This document shows positions 40,501-54,896 of a stretch of DNA of 64,000 nucleotides, piece after piece. The notes below the pieces were generated by a model. The model did no database searches, had not been told where the DNA came from, and saw only the letters and a list, made by a program, of their open reading frames with translations. The DNA lies in the NCBI RefSeq assembly GCF_009914755.1, contig NC_060936.1. One strand, 5' to 3'. Position 1 is the stretch's first letter; every line of letters starts with the position of its first letter. A program made the position numbers and the translations under genes. This DNA comes from the human T2T-CHM13v2.0 reference genome, Homo sapiens.

Positions 40501-42127
40501 TCTCTGTGCTGCAGTGGGGAACACAGAGATGCTAACATTTTTAAAACTTACTTAAAATTATAAAAAAAGAAAGTCCATAAATTTTCACACTTTTATATTT
40601 ATGAAATAAGTGAATTTCTGATCATATTTTTTTTTAGCTGGTGTGATACCAGGGTATAGCATTTGCTATTCTGGTTTAGTAATGTATTAAAATCTATTAA
40701 AATTGTGTGTAGTAGAATCAAAAATTTTAAAATGTAACTTGGACTTCTGTGTATCATGCTAAAAAACAATTTAAAACATACTTTTGCTCAGTTGCATCTC
40801 AGCTAAAAGTATTTTTTTCTTATGTGACTCTCTTGAATAGTTTTGTAATTATTGATGATTGTTAATGATGATAACATTTCTGGTCTTGATTTATCAAGTA
40901 CCATAAACATTCACAATAGATTTGTAATTTCCTCAGAGTTTCAGGAATTAAATTAATTGCCACTATAAAAATGATTTTTGAAGCTCTTCTAGGAAGGGTG
41001 CTTTGTTTATATTCTAGCTATTTCCTGAGGAATGGTGTAAATATTTCATAAATGTTTGGGAACCAGACTTTTTACGCCCAGTCTCACTATCCAACACATA
41101 AATTATCTCTTTCATCTAGATATTATTTTTTACTTTTAGGTACTTAGCTCTTTATTTACATGTTTTAAAGTGTGTTATTTCGCAGTAGTTTATTTGAACT
41201 AAATGAGATATTTCTGACATCAACTTTTAAAACTTGATGGTTTCTCTTGGATTTTTTTTTTCGTAGACTTGCTGTCTCTAGTTCAAGGCTTGCTTTTGCT
41301 TGTAAACCTATAATGTTACAATTAAATGATGTAGCAGTTCAAGTAATGTTAACTACCCTGGATTAAAATGCTCTCAGGCAATTAAACGGCAGTTGTAAAT
41401 CATTGGAATTTGGAAAAATAATCAGTGTCGTATGATAGTTGCATGACACATGATGGATCTGATTTTTAATATATGCCATCTTGATTAGAAAATGAAGATG
41501 AGCCTTCTATAAAATGTCATGCATAAGATAGAATTAAGTAGAGGAAGGAAAAAAAGAACAGAGAATATGTGAATTTTTATTTTCCAGAATAGTTAGGGGA
41601 GGCAAACTTTAACTCAGAAAAGTGATAGAACTGCAACAATTCCATTAAATCAGTTATACTCACTGTGAAACACAAGTCACAGTTTTCGTTTTACTGTGGT
41701 TAAATGAAATAAACATTGTATTTGATAAAAGCAAGTAAAAGTCATATACACAACTTGAAATGACTCAATTAAATACTCCAGCATTGCCTTCCCCGTGCTT
41801 AGCTGGTATTGGTGGGGCTTCCTCTTACCTTTTTAGCTGTGTCTCTCTCCATATAGATATTTTTATTATCACCAGTTATTCGCTATTTTGTTCAAGATTG
41901 ATTTGGTTTACTTCTATATATCTGTGATTATATACAAATAAGGTCATAACAAACACTAGTGTTTTTATTTTTCAGGAAAATCTCCAAGAGTTGGTGAATC
42001 ATGCTGTTGCCAATAAAAGGCATGTGACATAACTGAACATTTCATCATCTTCAGTAAATAATCAAGATGGTAAGAATTATACAGGATGTAGCATAGATTG
42101 TTAAATTTGTGAAAGTAAGTTGTAGGC

Positions 42128-42480
42128 TATGTTAGTTAGAATTAGGTTTGCCTGCTACTGACAGAAAACTCCAAATAACAACGTCTTAAACAATATGGAT
42201 GTCTTCTTCTTCAAATAGAATCTAATGTCACCTTTGCAGAGATGACATGCTGGGTCTGTGATCACCAGGGATCCAAATGCCTTCGATCTTGGTGCTGGCT
42301 CACAATCACCAAGTGGCTTCCACCTCACAGTCTGCTGTGGTTGATTAAACTCCAGCATCTTATTGATGTTCTAGCTGGCAGAAACGAAAAAGAACCCAAC
42401 AAGGGCAAGGTTGAATTACAAAGAAAGGAGAAAATATCCATTGGAGGACTACTATCAACCTCTGCCACAATTTCTACATT
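42128..42480 (-). mobile_element. MLT1J/K-like LTR
   Basis: tgttagttagaattagg...acagaaaactccaaataacaacgtcttaaacaa; actccagcatc. Confidence 0.6.
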
Positions 42481-43007
42481 TTCTCAACGTATGAAATTTT
42501 AAAGTATACTACTAAATTTTAAAAATTATTCGTATTCATATTTTCAATGGTAAAACTATCGAGCATTCTGTTGTTTGTGCCAATTGTTTTACCAAAAATT
42601 TTAGATACAAGAAGAGACATTTATAACACAAGGTGTTTCTAACTGGAAAGTAAGCCCTGGAAAAATTTAGGAAACAAGAGAGATGTGAAACGTGCTTTAT
42701 GTTATTGTGATTTTGAAATCTATTTTTTGGAAAAACTATGCTTATAAATAATTGAAACTTTAAGAGAGGTTGAAGACAGTGGAGCACAATTAAATTTTGT
42801 GGTTAGAAGGTTGCATTTCTAAAAAAAAATGTTTACTATTGAGAGGGCATTACAGTGCTATGAGGGCAGGAATTTTCGTTCATTTTCTTCACTTATATTT
42901 TTTGCAACCAGAGTAGTGTGTCGAACACAGTAGGGGCTAGATAAATGTTGAATTAATGATTGATCAATTGGTGGATTAAATTAGAGTAAAAGATGAAGAA
43001 ACATTTC

Positions 43008-43105
43008 TTTTTATTTATTTATTTATTTTTATTATACTTTAAGTTTTAGGGTACATGTGCGTAACATGCAGGTTAGTTACATATGTATACATGTGCCATG
43101 TTGGG
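43008..43105 (-). mobile_element. Extremely 5'-truncated young L1 (L1PA3/4-like), 98 bp, 14-bp TSD
   Basis: attatactttaagttttagggtacatgtgc...catgtgccatgttgg; TSD tgaagaaacatttc at 42994-43007 and 43106-43119. Confidence 0.95.
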
Positions 43106-44099
43106 TGAAGAAACATTTCAACACATGAATTACAAGCAGATTTTTACAAAAGAGCACACATTTAATACTAAATTTGAAAATTCACCAAACATAGTAATAA
43201 CATCAGTTTTTCCTTAGCTTATTCGATAATACGAGAAAACTGTGTAGGGAAAGAACAACTTGAGTACATATAAAACCCACTGAAGATGTCAAAATGTATC
43301 CAAATTTAAAAGAGGCTCTTAAATTTTATCAAGCTAAGAGAAGTCTGGGACTAAGCAAGAATTTATTTGTAGCAAGTCACAAAATAAAAATAAATTATGT
43401 GGCCTAGACTGCAACAGTCATAAAATTGTGGGAATTTTAATGAAGTTCTTTCTGAATTTAAAGAAAACCACAGAGGTTTCCTTATCATTATGCATGCCTT
43501 TTGCATTTATGAGTGATAATGTTTCATGAGTAAGTAAAAAAGTTGTAAAAATCCTAAATACTGTATGTCTTTATATGCTATCACTCAGAAATATGCAAAA
43601 AGATAAACACTTCCTCACAATATGTAAGCAGAACAAAGGCATTAGAAGTAAGCTATGCAAGTTGTAAAACATGGGTTGACATGTACTTAGTCTTATTTTA
43701 TTGGTATAATTGAGACACATCTGGAGATTACTGAGTCTTGAAATATGCAGATGACTGATGAATTAAGTGTTTGGCTGACAGATTTCAAATTTGAAATTAT
43801 AATTTCTTTAAAATGCTTATTTAAAAAAAGTCTTCTGTTGTGATTAGAATTCTTTTTCAAGGATGGAAATGTAAATATATTATGGATCCTTTTCCTTGGC
43901 CTTCAACAGAGAGCCATGATTTCATTTTTTTGTCAAAGAGAGACAATAAATATTTTAAATATATTTGGGAAAGAGAGAAACTATATGTCACAAACCAATC
44001 TCTATCTAAATCTTTCAAAGTACACATGCCCTGTCTTTAAAACAGGCAATTCATAATGAATTTTTCTTACTTCAAGGAATGAACTCATATCAAGTAACA

Positions 44100-44242
44100 T
44101 GAAGATGTTCATTGAGAGCAGGGTTCAGTCTGTTTATTCACTGTATTCTCTGAACCTGGAACAGGTTCCTGGCACATAACAGATACTTAATACATATTTG
44201 GTATACAGGTGATTGAGTGAATAAATTAATAAATGAATGAAC
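44100..44242 (+). mobile_element. L2a 3' end
   Basis: gagagcaggg...cctggcacataacagatacttaatacatatttg...aatgaatgaa. Confidence 0.75.
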
Positions 44243-45495
44243 AACTAATCATATGCATATGTAATCCTAGAATTCCAATTTTACTAAAATTCTGCAAATT
44301 ATGACTTCATCTATTATGTCAACATAATTTTTTCATTTTATGTATTTAAGGTGGCATTCATCATAACACTCAGAGCTGGCATTTAATGTTTTGAGTTGGC
44401 CAGTCATTACAGCAAGAACAAATGATTCACTTCCATTCTACTTTATCCTTAAGAGTACTTTAAGAATACTATAGAGAAAAATAAAATTAGTGCCTGCCAT
44501 TAATGGATATTGGGAAATAATTGGTAACCAAACTGATGAACTCAGAAGGGCTCAGTGGCTCTGGGGTGAGACTTGCCACATGGCGGATGCTTCATTAATC
44601 ATACCTCTAATAACTTATTGTTGCAATTTCATATATTCCCATAATTCACATTTCTGATTTTAGCTGGTCACTTCTAATATATATTGCTTTGGTTATAAGT
44701 TGATGCTATAATAACACTGTTGCTGAGAAGGACATTAGCATGATTTTATTAAAACCTTCCAGTATTATTAATTAATAATCTATTTGAAAGATATAAGCCA
44801 GAAATTTCTCATAAAGCTTTTGTTTTGTTTAAAGTCCTTGCTTAGAGTAACCACTATTACCAGTTCCAAGCAATCACCACTATCTCATAGACAAACTTGA
44901 ATTTTAAGTATTACAGTTCAGCCCATTAGGCATCTTGGGGATGAGAATATAATCATTTTAAATTGGTTGGAGAATTAAAGTTACAGAATAAGACTGATGG
45001 CCAGTTTCTAGAAAGTAGCATTCCAGGATATCTAAAGGAAACCTAATGAAATTGTGGTGCAGCCCTCTGCTGAAATTATTCTCCTGTCATTATCAATGGA
45101 TGCTGTGCCAATTTCCCTCACTTCTAGTCATTTATAAAGTCTCTGTTAATTTTATAGTATTGCACTTCCACTCTTCACTCAAGATTTATGTTCTTCTTGT
45201 CCCTTTCTCTCTGGCAGCTTTTACTTTTACCCTTCACTTTTGGCACTTCTGTTTTTTAGTAGTCAGTATTTTTTGGTACTCAGTTTCTGGCTCCCTTTAC
45301 ATGTGTTTTGGGTTTGGGGTGTTCCTTTCTTCTTCCGAACTCCTTCTCCTCCTAGGACAGTGTGGGTCTCACCCTGAAAAGGAGAGGCTGTGTATCCTTC
45401 CCATCTCATAACATTTTTCAAATATACATCTTCTCAAGTCACACTCCTATACACAATCCTTTCTACCTCCTCAGGATGAAGTTGAAATTCCTTAA

Positions 45496-45825
<330 letters not shown>

Positions 45826-46699
45826 TAATATTTTCTATAAAGCTTTTATGATAGGTTAAAGCTTACCTCTCTCAGACTACATCTCATCATTTAATATCTA
45901 ACAATGTTGAAATATCTTTAGTTCTCCAAACATACTCACTTTTCTCTCCTTTCACATTCTTCTCCTTGCGCTGAGAATGCTCTCCTTCCTCATGGATAAT
46001 GCTGTTTACCCTCAGGACTTAGTTTATGTAACTTGTCCCTCAGCAAACCATCACTGCTGCATTATGGCTGGTAGGGGGTCCAGCTACCTTCTCTCTGTTG
46101 CCTGTACTTATTACTATCAGGGAGCTTATCACTTATATTTTAACCATCTAGTTACATAAAGGAAGTAAATAAATAATAAATCCTTGCTGAATTTAAATTT
46201 CTTGAGCACAAGACCTGTGAATCTTGCCTATTTTATGTATAGAAAAATGCTGAGCACAAATTAAGCAGCCAATAATTTTTTTCATAAATAAATGAAAAGG
46301 TAGGTATTTTGATTTATCTAGAATTGTATTCCCAAAACTCCAAATTATTAATATTTTCTTTCTGATTTCCTTAGATTTCTATGGATTGTTTTCCAAATTC
46401 TTGGATTTAAATTTATGAAATAAAAGACAATTCATTTTAAATGATTTTAAATCATAATTAAAAACAAAATTGTCTTGACCATCTCCTGAAAATGTTGGAA
46501 TAGAGGTCACTCATCATCATTAGTTCCTGAATAGTTTATAATTGTAGATTGATATTTTTGTTCCAATATTTAAGAAATGTTTCAAATTGTCAACTGACTT
46601 GGGTCTTTCTTCAGTATTTCATTTGTAAATATCTAGTTTTACTAGAGAAAGAATATAGGTAGCACATTTTTGACACTTTGGAATTTATCTAGTTTTTTT

Positions 46700-46870
46700 G
46701 CAGATTAATATTATATAATAAATAAAACATTATATCATACATAAAATATAATATATATAACATACTATATGTTTTATATATATTATTTATTTTATATATA
46801 ATACATATTTTATAAACTATATATAAAACTATACTATTTATATATAGACTTTATTATTATATATATAGTT
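46700..46870. repeat. AT-rich low-complexity (TA)n-like tract
   Basis: Nearly pure A/T with tatata runs. Confidence 0.85.
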
Positions 46871-47285
46871 TTTTAAGGACTATGTGCACTGGTTAACTCT
46901 GTTTAAATGCTTACAAAATTTGATATATATAAAATTCTGAATTTCATTATTCTAATTTTTAATATATATTCTGTATAATTGTTTAAAGGACAGAAAATAT
47001 GTATAAAATTGAATAATTCTATGTCAAATTATTGCTAAATACCAAGAATTTTGCTTTATGAATTTTGATATATTTTATGAGTTTTACCTCATATTATCTT
47101 AATGACCCTTTTTTTACTCATGTTAAAAAAAGCTACTTTCAATTCTACTTTCTTCAAATAATATGGCTATTGTTATATTTTTCTTTATTTTACCTAATAC
47201 ATTGTGGCCAATTGCTTTGTGTTTACCTTTTCATGCTATTTAGTTTTAATTATATCTCTTTAAGTTGAGATTACTTGAGTTGGAC

Positions 47286-48160
47286 TGCTATGAAATGTCT
47301 CCTTCAACTCCCCTCCAGCTGAGTAAGAGGGGATTCAGGGTAAGAGGTTGCTTTGTGAGCCTGGGGTCATGGAGCAGAAATTGCTGCTAGAAAAGCCTAA
47401 AGGCACAGGCTGCCCTGACCAGCCCAGCAGTTGTCCAGAGAGGAGGCTGGTTGCCTTAGGAACAGCCTGTGTTGCCAAAGGTCTTCGGAAGGAAGGCTCC
47501 TGAAGGCCAAATGGAAGAGAGAAACACACCTGAAGTCACCTTGGAGTGGTGATTGTCTCCTTGGAGAGTGTAATGGACCTCAAAAAATCAGAGTGAAGTT
47601 GTAAATGGCCAGGCAGAAGAGACCTCAGCTGTATTTAAACAGCAAGAGTGGGAGAGGAGATTCCATTGCCAGTGACAGGGTTCCATAGGAAGTAAAAAAT
47701 GCTCCAAGAATCAGGAGAAACCAAATCCAGACCATATTGGTGCATGTCAAGTGAGAACTTTCTTGGACCTTACTGCTTTTTAATATGCCTCCCACAGATC
47801 TAGATGATCTGAAACCAGTTGTTGAGAGAGGGAGGTGGGGTGAACGTTTTAGGCAGTGAAAAAAAACACCTAAAACTTAAAAAAAAACAAACCCAAAAAC
47901 GTTGCCCTTTCCACTCTGCAGTCTAGCAACCTATTCCTTAGCCTGAGCCAGGAGAGGATAAACTTTAAATGAAGTTTGGCGCTTTAACTATTACTTCAGA
48001 ATATTTTGAATACCGAAATCAAGCTTTTTGTAACTAAAAGTGATTAGAGGACTTTATATTTTCTGAGTGATCAGAAGAGACATGGCATCTACCTAGGTTT
48101 TGTTAAAATGATCCAAAGAGCCTCAGAAAACAGATTCGCATGGGCACCGAGGGAAAAGAA
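47286..48160 (+). mobile_element. Probable ancient LTR (MamGypLTR/LTR85-like)
   Basis: Higher-GC block within AT-rich DNA; ttttgtaactaaaagtga...tgagtgatc phrases; family uncertain. Confidence 0.35.
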
Positions 48161-48240
48161 TAGTTTTCTGTTCTATCTTTTGGGGAATAATTACAGCTAT
48201 TGGTGACATTATGAGTTTTCCCTCTGTGTATTTTCTGAAT

Positions 48241-48393
48241 AGCTGGCTTTCAAACTTTAGTACATATCACAACACCAGAACTCAGAAAGAACAGAGAGGG
48301 GCAGGCTTATTGAAGAGGATAGACCTGAGGCTCTGAGGGTTAGACCAGGTTCCCAGGTGATTATGATTTCAGCTAAAATTTGAGGACCACTGT
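48241..48393. mobile_element. MER5A1-like (hAT-Charlie)
   Basis: tttcaaactttag...cccaggtgattatgat...aatttgaggaccactg. Confidence 0.65.
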
Positions 48394-48739
48394 CTTGGCT
48401 AGCTTAGTGGTAAAGTGGATGAAGCTGTGTCATGAAATGCTTGCCAAATGCAGATTAAATTAGAATACTCTATGGCAGAGGTCTTTAATTCAATTCACTT
48501 GCATGTTTCTCATATTGTTGATTCTTCCTGTTTATGTTTCAACAATCGTATTCCTGTTTCTCATTTCTTTACATCCTGAAAAACTACTGCCCTTCTTACC
48601 ATTCCAAATTCATTCTATTTTATTTTATATCTAGTTACTGCAATTAGGACACCTCATATTTCATTATAATCCCGTGTGTCATCAGGCAGTACAATGAAAG
48701 CCACAGAAAAGATGACTAGCCTTGATACTGTGATGTCTT

Positions 48740-48858
48740 ATTATTATTATGTTTTAATTTCGAGATGAGATCTCACCATGTTGCCCAGGCTGGACCCAAA
48801 GTCTTGGGTTCAAGTGATCCTCCAGCCTCACCTTCCTGAGTAGCCAGGACTACAGGCA
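48740..48858 (-). mobile_element. FLAM (Alu monomer)
   Basis: tctcaccatgttgcccaggctgg...caagtgatcctccagcctca...ggactacaggca. Confidence 0.8.
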
Positions 48859-48859
48859 T

Positions 48860-49146
48860 TTCTTTTTTATATGTTAAAAAAACCCACTTTATTGAGGTAC
48901 AATTGACATACAAAAAGCTATATATATTTAATGTATACAACATCATAAATTTGGATATAAGTAGACACTGCAATCTGTCATAAAGATATCTATTAACTCC
49001 AAAATTCCCTCACACCCTCTTCACTTATTATTATTACTACTACCATCATTGTGATGAGAACACTTAAGAACTACTTTATAGTTTTAGTAAAATTTTAAGT
49101 ATGTAAGACAGTATTGTTAACTATAGGTGCTTTACAGTAGATCTCT
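48860..49146 (-). mobile_element. L1MA/L1MB 3' end
   Basis: ctttattgaggtacaattgacatac; cagtattgttaactatagg. Confidence 0.75.
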
Positions 49147-51366
49147 TACAGAGGTTCTCTGTATTTCCTGAATTTGACTGTTGGCCTCTCTAGTGAGGTT
49201 GAGGAAATGCTCATGACAATATCCCGTAATATGTTTTCCAAGTTTTTCACTTTTTCCCTGTCCCTTTCAGGGATGCCAATAATTTGTATATTTGGCCTCC
49301 TTACACAATTCCATATTTCTCAGAGGTTTTCCTCATTGCTTTTTATTCTTTTTTATTTTTGTCTGTCTTATTTCAGAGAGCCAGTCTTCGAGTTCTGACA
49401 TTTTTTGATCTATTCTGCATTAATACTTGTGATTTCATTGTGAAATTTTTGTACTGTATTTTTCAGCTCTATTAGATCAGTTAGGTCCCTTTTTTATACT
49501 GGCTATTTGTTTGTCAGCTCCTATTTTGTCTTATTTTGATTGTTAGTTTCCTTGGATTGGGTTTTGCTATTTTCCTGAATCTCAATGATCTTTATTCCTA
49601 TCCATAGTCTGAATTCTATTTCTGTCATTTCAGCCAACTCAGGCTGGTTAAGAACCCTTTTTGGAGAATTACCGTAGTTGTTTGGAGGACACAAGACACT
49701 CTGGCCATTTGAGTTGCCAGAATTCTTGTGTTGTTTTTTTCTCATCTCTGCATGTTGGTATTCCTTTAACTGCTGGGCTGTTTCTAATTGAGGTAATCAG
49801 GCAGGGGCAAGGCAGTTTTACTGAAGTCCCAGGTCAGGCAGCCCTGCCTAGTGAGGAGAAGTGTGGACTGGGACCTGCACAGAGAACAGTCTGGCCACTT
49901 TTCTGTGAGGTGGGTGCTCTGTGCTGGGGATCCAGACCAGCCCCTGGGCTTCATGGACTCCCCAGAGCCTGGAGGCAGCAAGGGTGTGGGCTGCAAGACA
50001 GCAAAGATAGCAACCTGCCCCTCTCACTGGGAGCTCTGTCCCAGGGAGTTGTAGAGCTCCTACTGGCTCAATAGTCCCAGCAGGGGGTGGCTGGAGACCC
50101 AATCCTGGAAGACCCGCCCAGTAAGAAGATACAAAATTTGGGACCCACATAACAACCAGCCTGGCCACTTTTCCCTAGGGCTGCTGCAGTATGCTGAGGG
50201 TTCACTTCAGTCCCTAGTGACCTTGGGTTTTCCTGTGCTTGAAGGTGTCAATAGTAAAGCCTGCAAAACAGCAAAGATGGCAGCCTGCTCTTTTCTCTGG
50301 GACCTCCATCCCAGGGAGGTACGAACCTATTTGCTTGCCTGAACACATCTATGGGGGTGGTTGTCGTCCTCGGTTTGGAGATTCTGCCCAGTAAAGAGAA
50401 ACAGCATAAAGGACTTGCACGAAAAATCAGTCTGGCTGCTTCTCTGTAGAACTGCTGCACTGTGCTGGGGAGCGCTTCATTCCCTGGTCTCCTCGGACTC
50501 CCTAGAGCCTGAAGGCAACAATGGCTAAGGCTGTTAGACAGCAAAGATGGCGGTCCATCCCCCCAGCTGGGGCATCCGTCTCAGAGAGACTCAGAACCAC
50601 TGCCAGCTGGAAAACACCAGCAAGAAGGGCTGGTGACCCATCAGGAGGTCCCACTGAGTGGGGGTCATGGACCTGCATAAAAAACAGTCTGGCCACTTTT
50701 TCACAGGACACCTACACCGAAGGCAACGATAGCTAAAACTGAGAAACAGCTAAGATGGCAGCCACCCCTTACTCTGGGAGCTCCCTCAGAGAGGTGCAAT
50801 GCTGCTACCAGTGGCTTACTGGAGTTCCAAGTCAGCGGGTCCTGTGAAGTGTCACGGAAGTGGGGCCTGCAGATCATCACTGCTCAGCCTTCTGGAATCA
50901 GCTGCTTTCCAAGGGGTATGTATGAGGGCCTAGCCTCCCACTTTGCCAGAGTTGCAGCCACTTTTGCTGGGAAGCCTGGCTATCCAAAGCTCCCAGGGAT
51001 TCATGTGTGCCCAAGTGGCTGCTGTAAAGACTCCTTGTAGCTCTGTGCATCAGATTGCAAGCCCTTGTGGAGTGGTTTCCTGAGGGGATCTCCTGACACA
51101 GGGGTGCAAAGATCCATGGGAGAAGCATGGGTGTCCGGGGTTGCTCGCTCACTCACTCACCACTTCCCTGGGCTGGGGAGCCTCCTCTGGCTTGATGATT
51201 GTACTGCCTTGCGTTTCTCCATTCTTCATCGCTTGAATTGTTTTCTTGATGAATCCCAATGCATCCACCTGGATGTTTCAGTTGAAGGCACTGTATTCAC
51301 TTGCTCCTTCTATTTCTCTCCATGAGAGCAGCACACACTAGCTGCTCTTAATTGGCCACCTTCCCC
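49147..51366 (-). mobile_element. L1PA13-16-type (L1P4) 5'UTR and ORF1 N-terminus; ORF2 and 3' end missing
   Basis: ORF1p remnant MRKKQHKNSGNS...AEMTEIEFRLWIGIKIIEIQ (49521-49745); repeated cagtctggccacttt/cagcaaagatggc units; terminus ctaattggccaccttcccc. Confidence 0.85.
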
Positions 51367-54300
51367 AGTTTTTACATTTTCAATCCTTATTCAATTCAGA
51401 GTTTTTTTAAATTATGACATGATATGCAAGTCAAATTTATCTTTTCTCATAACTGATAACTGTTTTTTTAACTCCATTTATTAAAGAGTCCCTTCTTTTC
51501 TCATCTCTGCGTATACCAAATTTCCATACTTGAATATTTCTGTTTCTGGGCTTCTGAACTCTATTCCATTGGTCAACTTGACAATCACTAGGCCACCCAC
51601 TCTGTTAATTATCATAGTTTCATCCCAAGCCCCAATTGTTAAAATTTTTAAAATAATTTTTTAGATTAAAGAGATACTTCATAATATGATCCATAGATGA
51701 AGTATATTTTGAATGTGGTATTATCCATCTTAATTATTTTCCTTTCAAAATACATGTTTCAAAAGTAGTGAAATTAATTCTGAAATCAAATATTTATTGA
51801 ATATTCTAAAATGGAAGAAATTAAAATATTTTCTTAGTATTGGTACCTTTGGGATTTTATTTATAGAGTGATTGATTTTTAAATTAAAAAACCCACAAGT
51901 TTTAAATTCTAAGTTAATATCCTCTAAGGCTACTGCTCGCTGCCTATTTCTCCAACTGTAAAATGGTCTGATGCAGTATGTACCTCAAAGTGAGTTTTTG
52001 GTAATAAAAAATGACAGATTTAATATCTTTCAATTAAATGGTATTTGCTTATTTAGCATTTACATATGCTTGAGATTTTAATGTATTTTAGATATTCAAG
52101 TTTCAGCACATTAAAAAATTTAGTTTTTTTTAGGATTACATTCAATGTAGTTTCTGATAAATTCATTTGCCTGGAGAGTATCCTCATAAAGAGAGGAAAA
52201 TTACTGTAATCTGATGACTGTACTTTTACATATCCAGCATCACTTGAGGGGAGCCCAAATATGCTTGAGGATGGGCAGTAGAGTATGGCTTCATGTCATT
52301 AGTGTAAACATTCCTCTAGCCTACCCTATAGACTAGGACAGCCTAAAAATTACAAAAAAAATTGCTTTTGGACTTAATCAGCACTAACTCTGAGGTAAAA
52401 ACTAATTGTTTGGAACCTTGAACACTGTTGAATCCACTTTTTTGAGTGACAGTTTTTGAGATGTCAGATGATAACTATAATTTTGATATAAAAATCACAC
52501 CCTGAATCCATCCCATTTTTTTTCCCTCTGTTTCTCAATATAAAGCTGAAATAGATATATCAACAATCAGCTAAATTCTCAGTCGGCATTTTGACAATAA
52601 GATAAAAGTCACGTGGGAGAAATAGCCAAATGGAAACTCCTGGAACTTCCATCCTGACCAAAAGAGTACCACCATTGCAATTCCCATTGACAAAATGAAT
52701 TCCACTCTCTCTTTGCCTGTTTTACTCAATCCAAGTTCAGAGTCTCAGATGGAAGCACTTGCTTGGAGAAGCCCAGATTTTGTGCCAACGCTCTTGGTGC
52801 TGGTGGTGGGAGACAGAGAGACAAGTAGGTTTTGGCTCTTTTCAGGTTCTGTAGAAGGAGATTGTTCAACAGAACACATACCATTGGGAATTCTCCAGAA
52901 ATATAAAGGTAGGTCAGATTCTAGGCAGCCAAAGTCATACAAGTGTAATTGCCCAAGATCACAGAGCTAAGTGAAAGAGCTGAATTCATTAACTCCAAAT
53001 CTTTCTGCTCCACAACACTGTCACCTTTATTAACTAAAAGACCAATAGTAGATATTGTATATGATTAGGTAAATCATGATAACACTTTGGATTTATATCT
53101 CAAAAAGTAACACGTTTTGAACTACTTTAACACTTCTATAAACTAAAAAACTTAGTAGTTTACAAAACCTTATTGCCTTATTTAACAGATACCCAAACTG
53201 AGTTAAAGATAAATTAAGTGACTTCCGCATGGTCAAACTGTGGTAGATTTAGCATTATTTGTTTTTCCTAACTCTGTTTCAACACCTTAGTATCCATTAC
53301 CTGCCTTCTGAAAATAAAAGGATATGGCTACGAACTAAACACACTGAAGGTGAATGATATATTTTCTCCCCAGAAACTATTTGTATGATGTAGGGATTAG
53401 TAACAGGAAAACTAAAATTTAGGAGACATAGAAAATAATAGATTTAGTCAGACTGGGCTATGAGAAGATTAGAGCTGAATTTACTTACCATAGCTTTAAA
53501 TAATACAAGGTCCAGCTTAATACGTGTCCCTCTCTTAAATGGAAAGGTACTTTTAAAACTTCTTGGCCTATTTCCACTTTAATAATCCAACACCATCTGT
53601 GAAAACAAAACTAGTATTATAGGTCTCCACTAAATGGATTATATGTTTCTTAGCTGACACCTGTTCAGAGCACTTAGGTATTAGGTGACTCAGAGATTGA
53701 AAACATATCCATATCTATTGATTGAGCCTATATAGAAAATTTAAATGTCAGGAAACAGTGGCAGTTTTACAGCAAAAGTATAATGAAAACATATTATATA
53801 TTTAAAGCTCCTTGAATTCGAGATTATCAAAGAGAAAAGGAGACGGATTTGTATAGAACAATACGATTTATGAAATGCTTTCACAATACAACTGCATGGT
53901 GAAGCACTGGGATACTATTAGGATCATGTAGTTAAGTTGTCATATATCATAAAGCTAATAAGTCATGGCATCAGGGAGGATCCGTGGCTTTGCTGAATTG
54001 CACAACTTGAGGACTTTCTACAATATTGGGCATATGTGGCCTGCCTGGCTCAATGTGGTGGCCCTGGATTGAGCACTAGAACTTAAGTGTTATCACGCAG
54101 CCCAGGGGTTTATTTTTTTATCTTAATTTGGGCAATCCTTGGCCCAGAAAAGAATCCAGAATGAAAACAAGCAGAGACTTGAGGTTTATTATAATTTGAC
54201 TTGTATGATAGAAATACACCGAATTTTTAAAAACGTTTAGTAATTCAAGAAACAACAGCAAAAATTATATAGGAAGGAATACTAGTTGCAAGAAAATGTA

Positions 54301-54595
54301 GCCCACACTCTAGTAATGCTTTGAAATTCAAAGAAACCAGAATTATCCTGGACTCTGATATAAAGGAGAATGAATGTTTTTTCCAAACTTGGATTTTATT
54401 GGATGCATGGACTGGCACACTTTCTAGATGGTCCAAGACCTAGGAGCCAACACTGCATCTCATGAAAAGGCAACATGTTTATGATAAAATGCAGCCTGAA
54501 CTAAGAAATAGTGTAACTTATCATGTTTCTTAAATATTTAGGGAGCAATAGCATAAATATTTCAGTGAATATGGCTATAGAAAAATGCATGAAGA

Positions 54596-54896
54596 GGCCA
54601 GGTGTGGTGGCTCACGCCTGTAATCCCAGCACTTTGGGAGGCCGAGGCAGGCGGATCCCCAGGTCAGGAGATCGAGACCATCCTGGGTCACATGGTGAAA
54701 CCCCGTCTCTACTAAAAATACAAAAACATTAGCTGAGCATGGTGGTGGGCACCTGTAGTCCCAGCTACTCAGGAGGCTGAGGCAGGAGAATGGCTTGAAC
54801 CTGGGAGGCAGAGCTTGCAGTGAGTGGAGTTCACGCCACTGCACTCCAGCCTGGGCGACAGAGCAAGACTCCGTCTCAAAAAAAAAAAAAAAAAAA
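54596..54896 (+). mobile_element. AluY-like
   Basis: gagatcgagaccatcc; gaatggcttgaacc; gagcttgcag. Confidence 0.93.
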
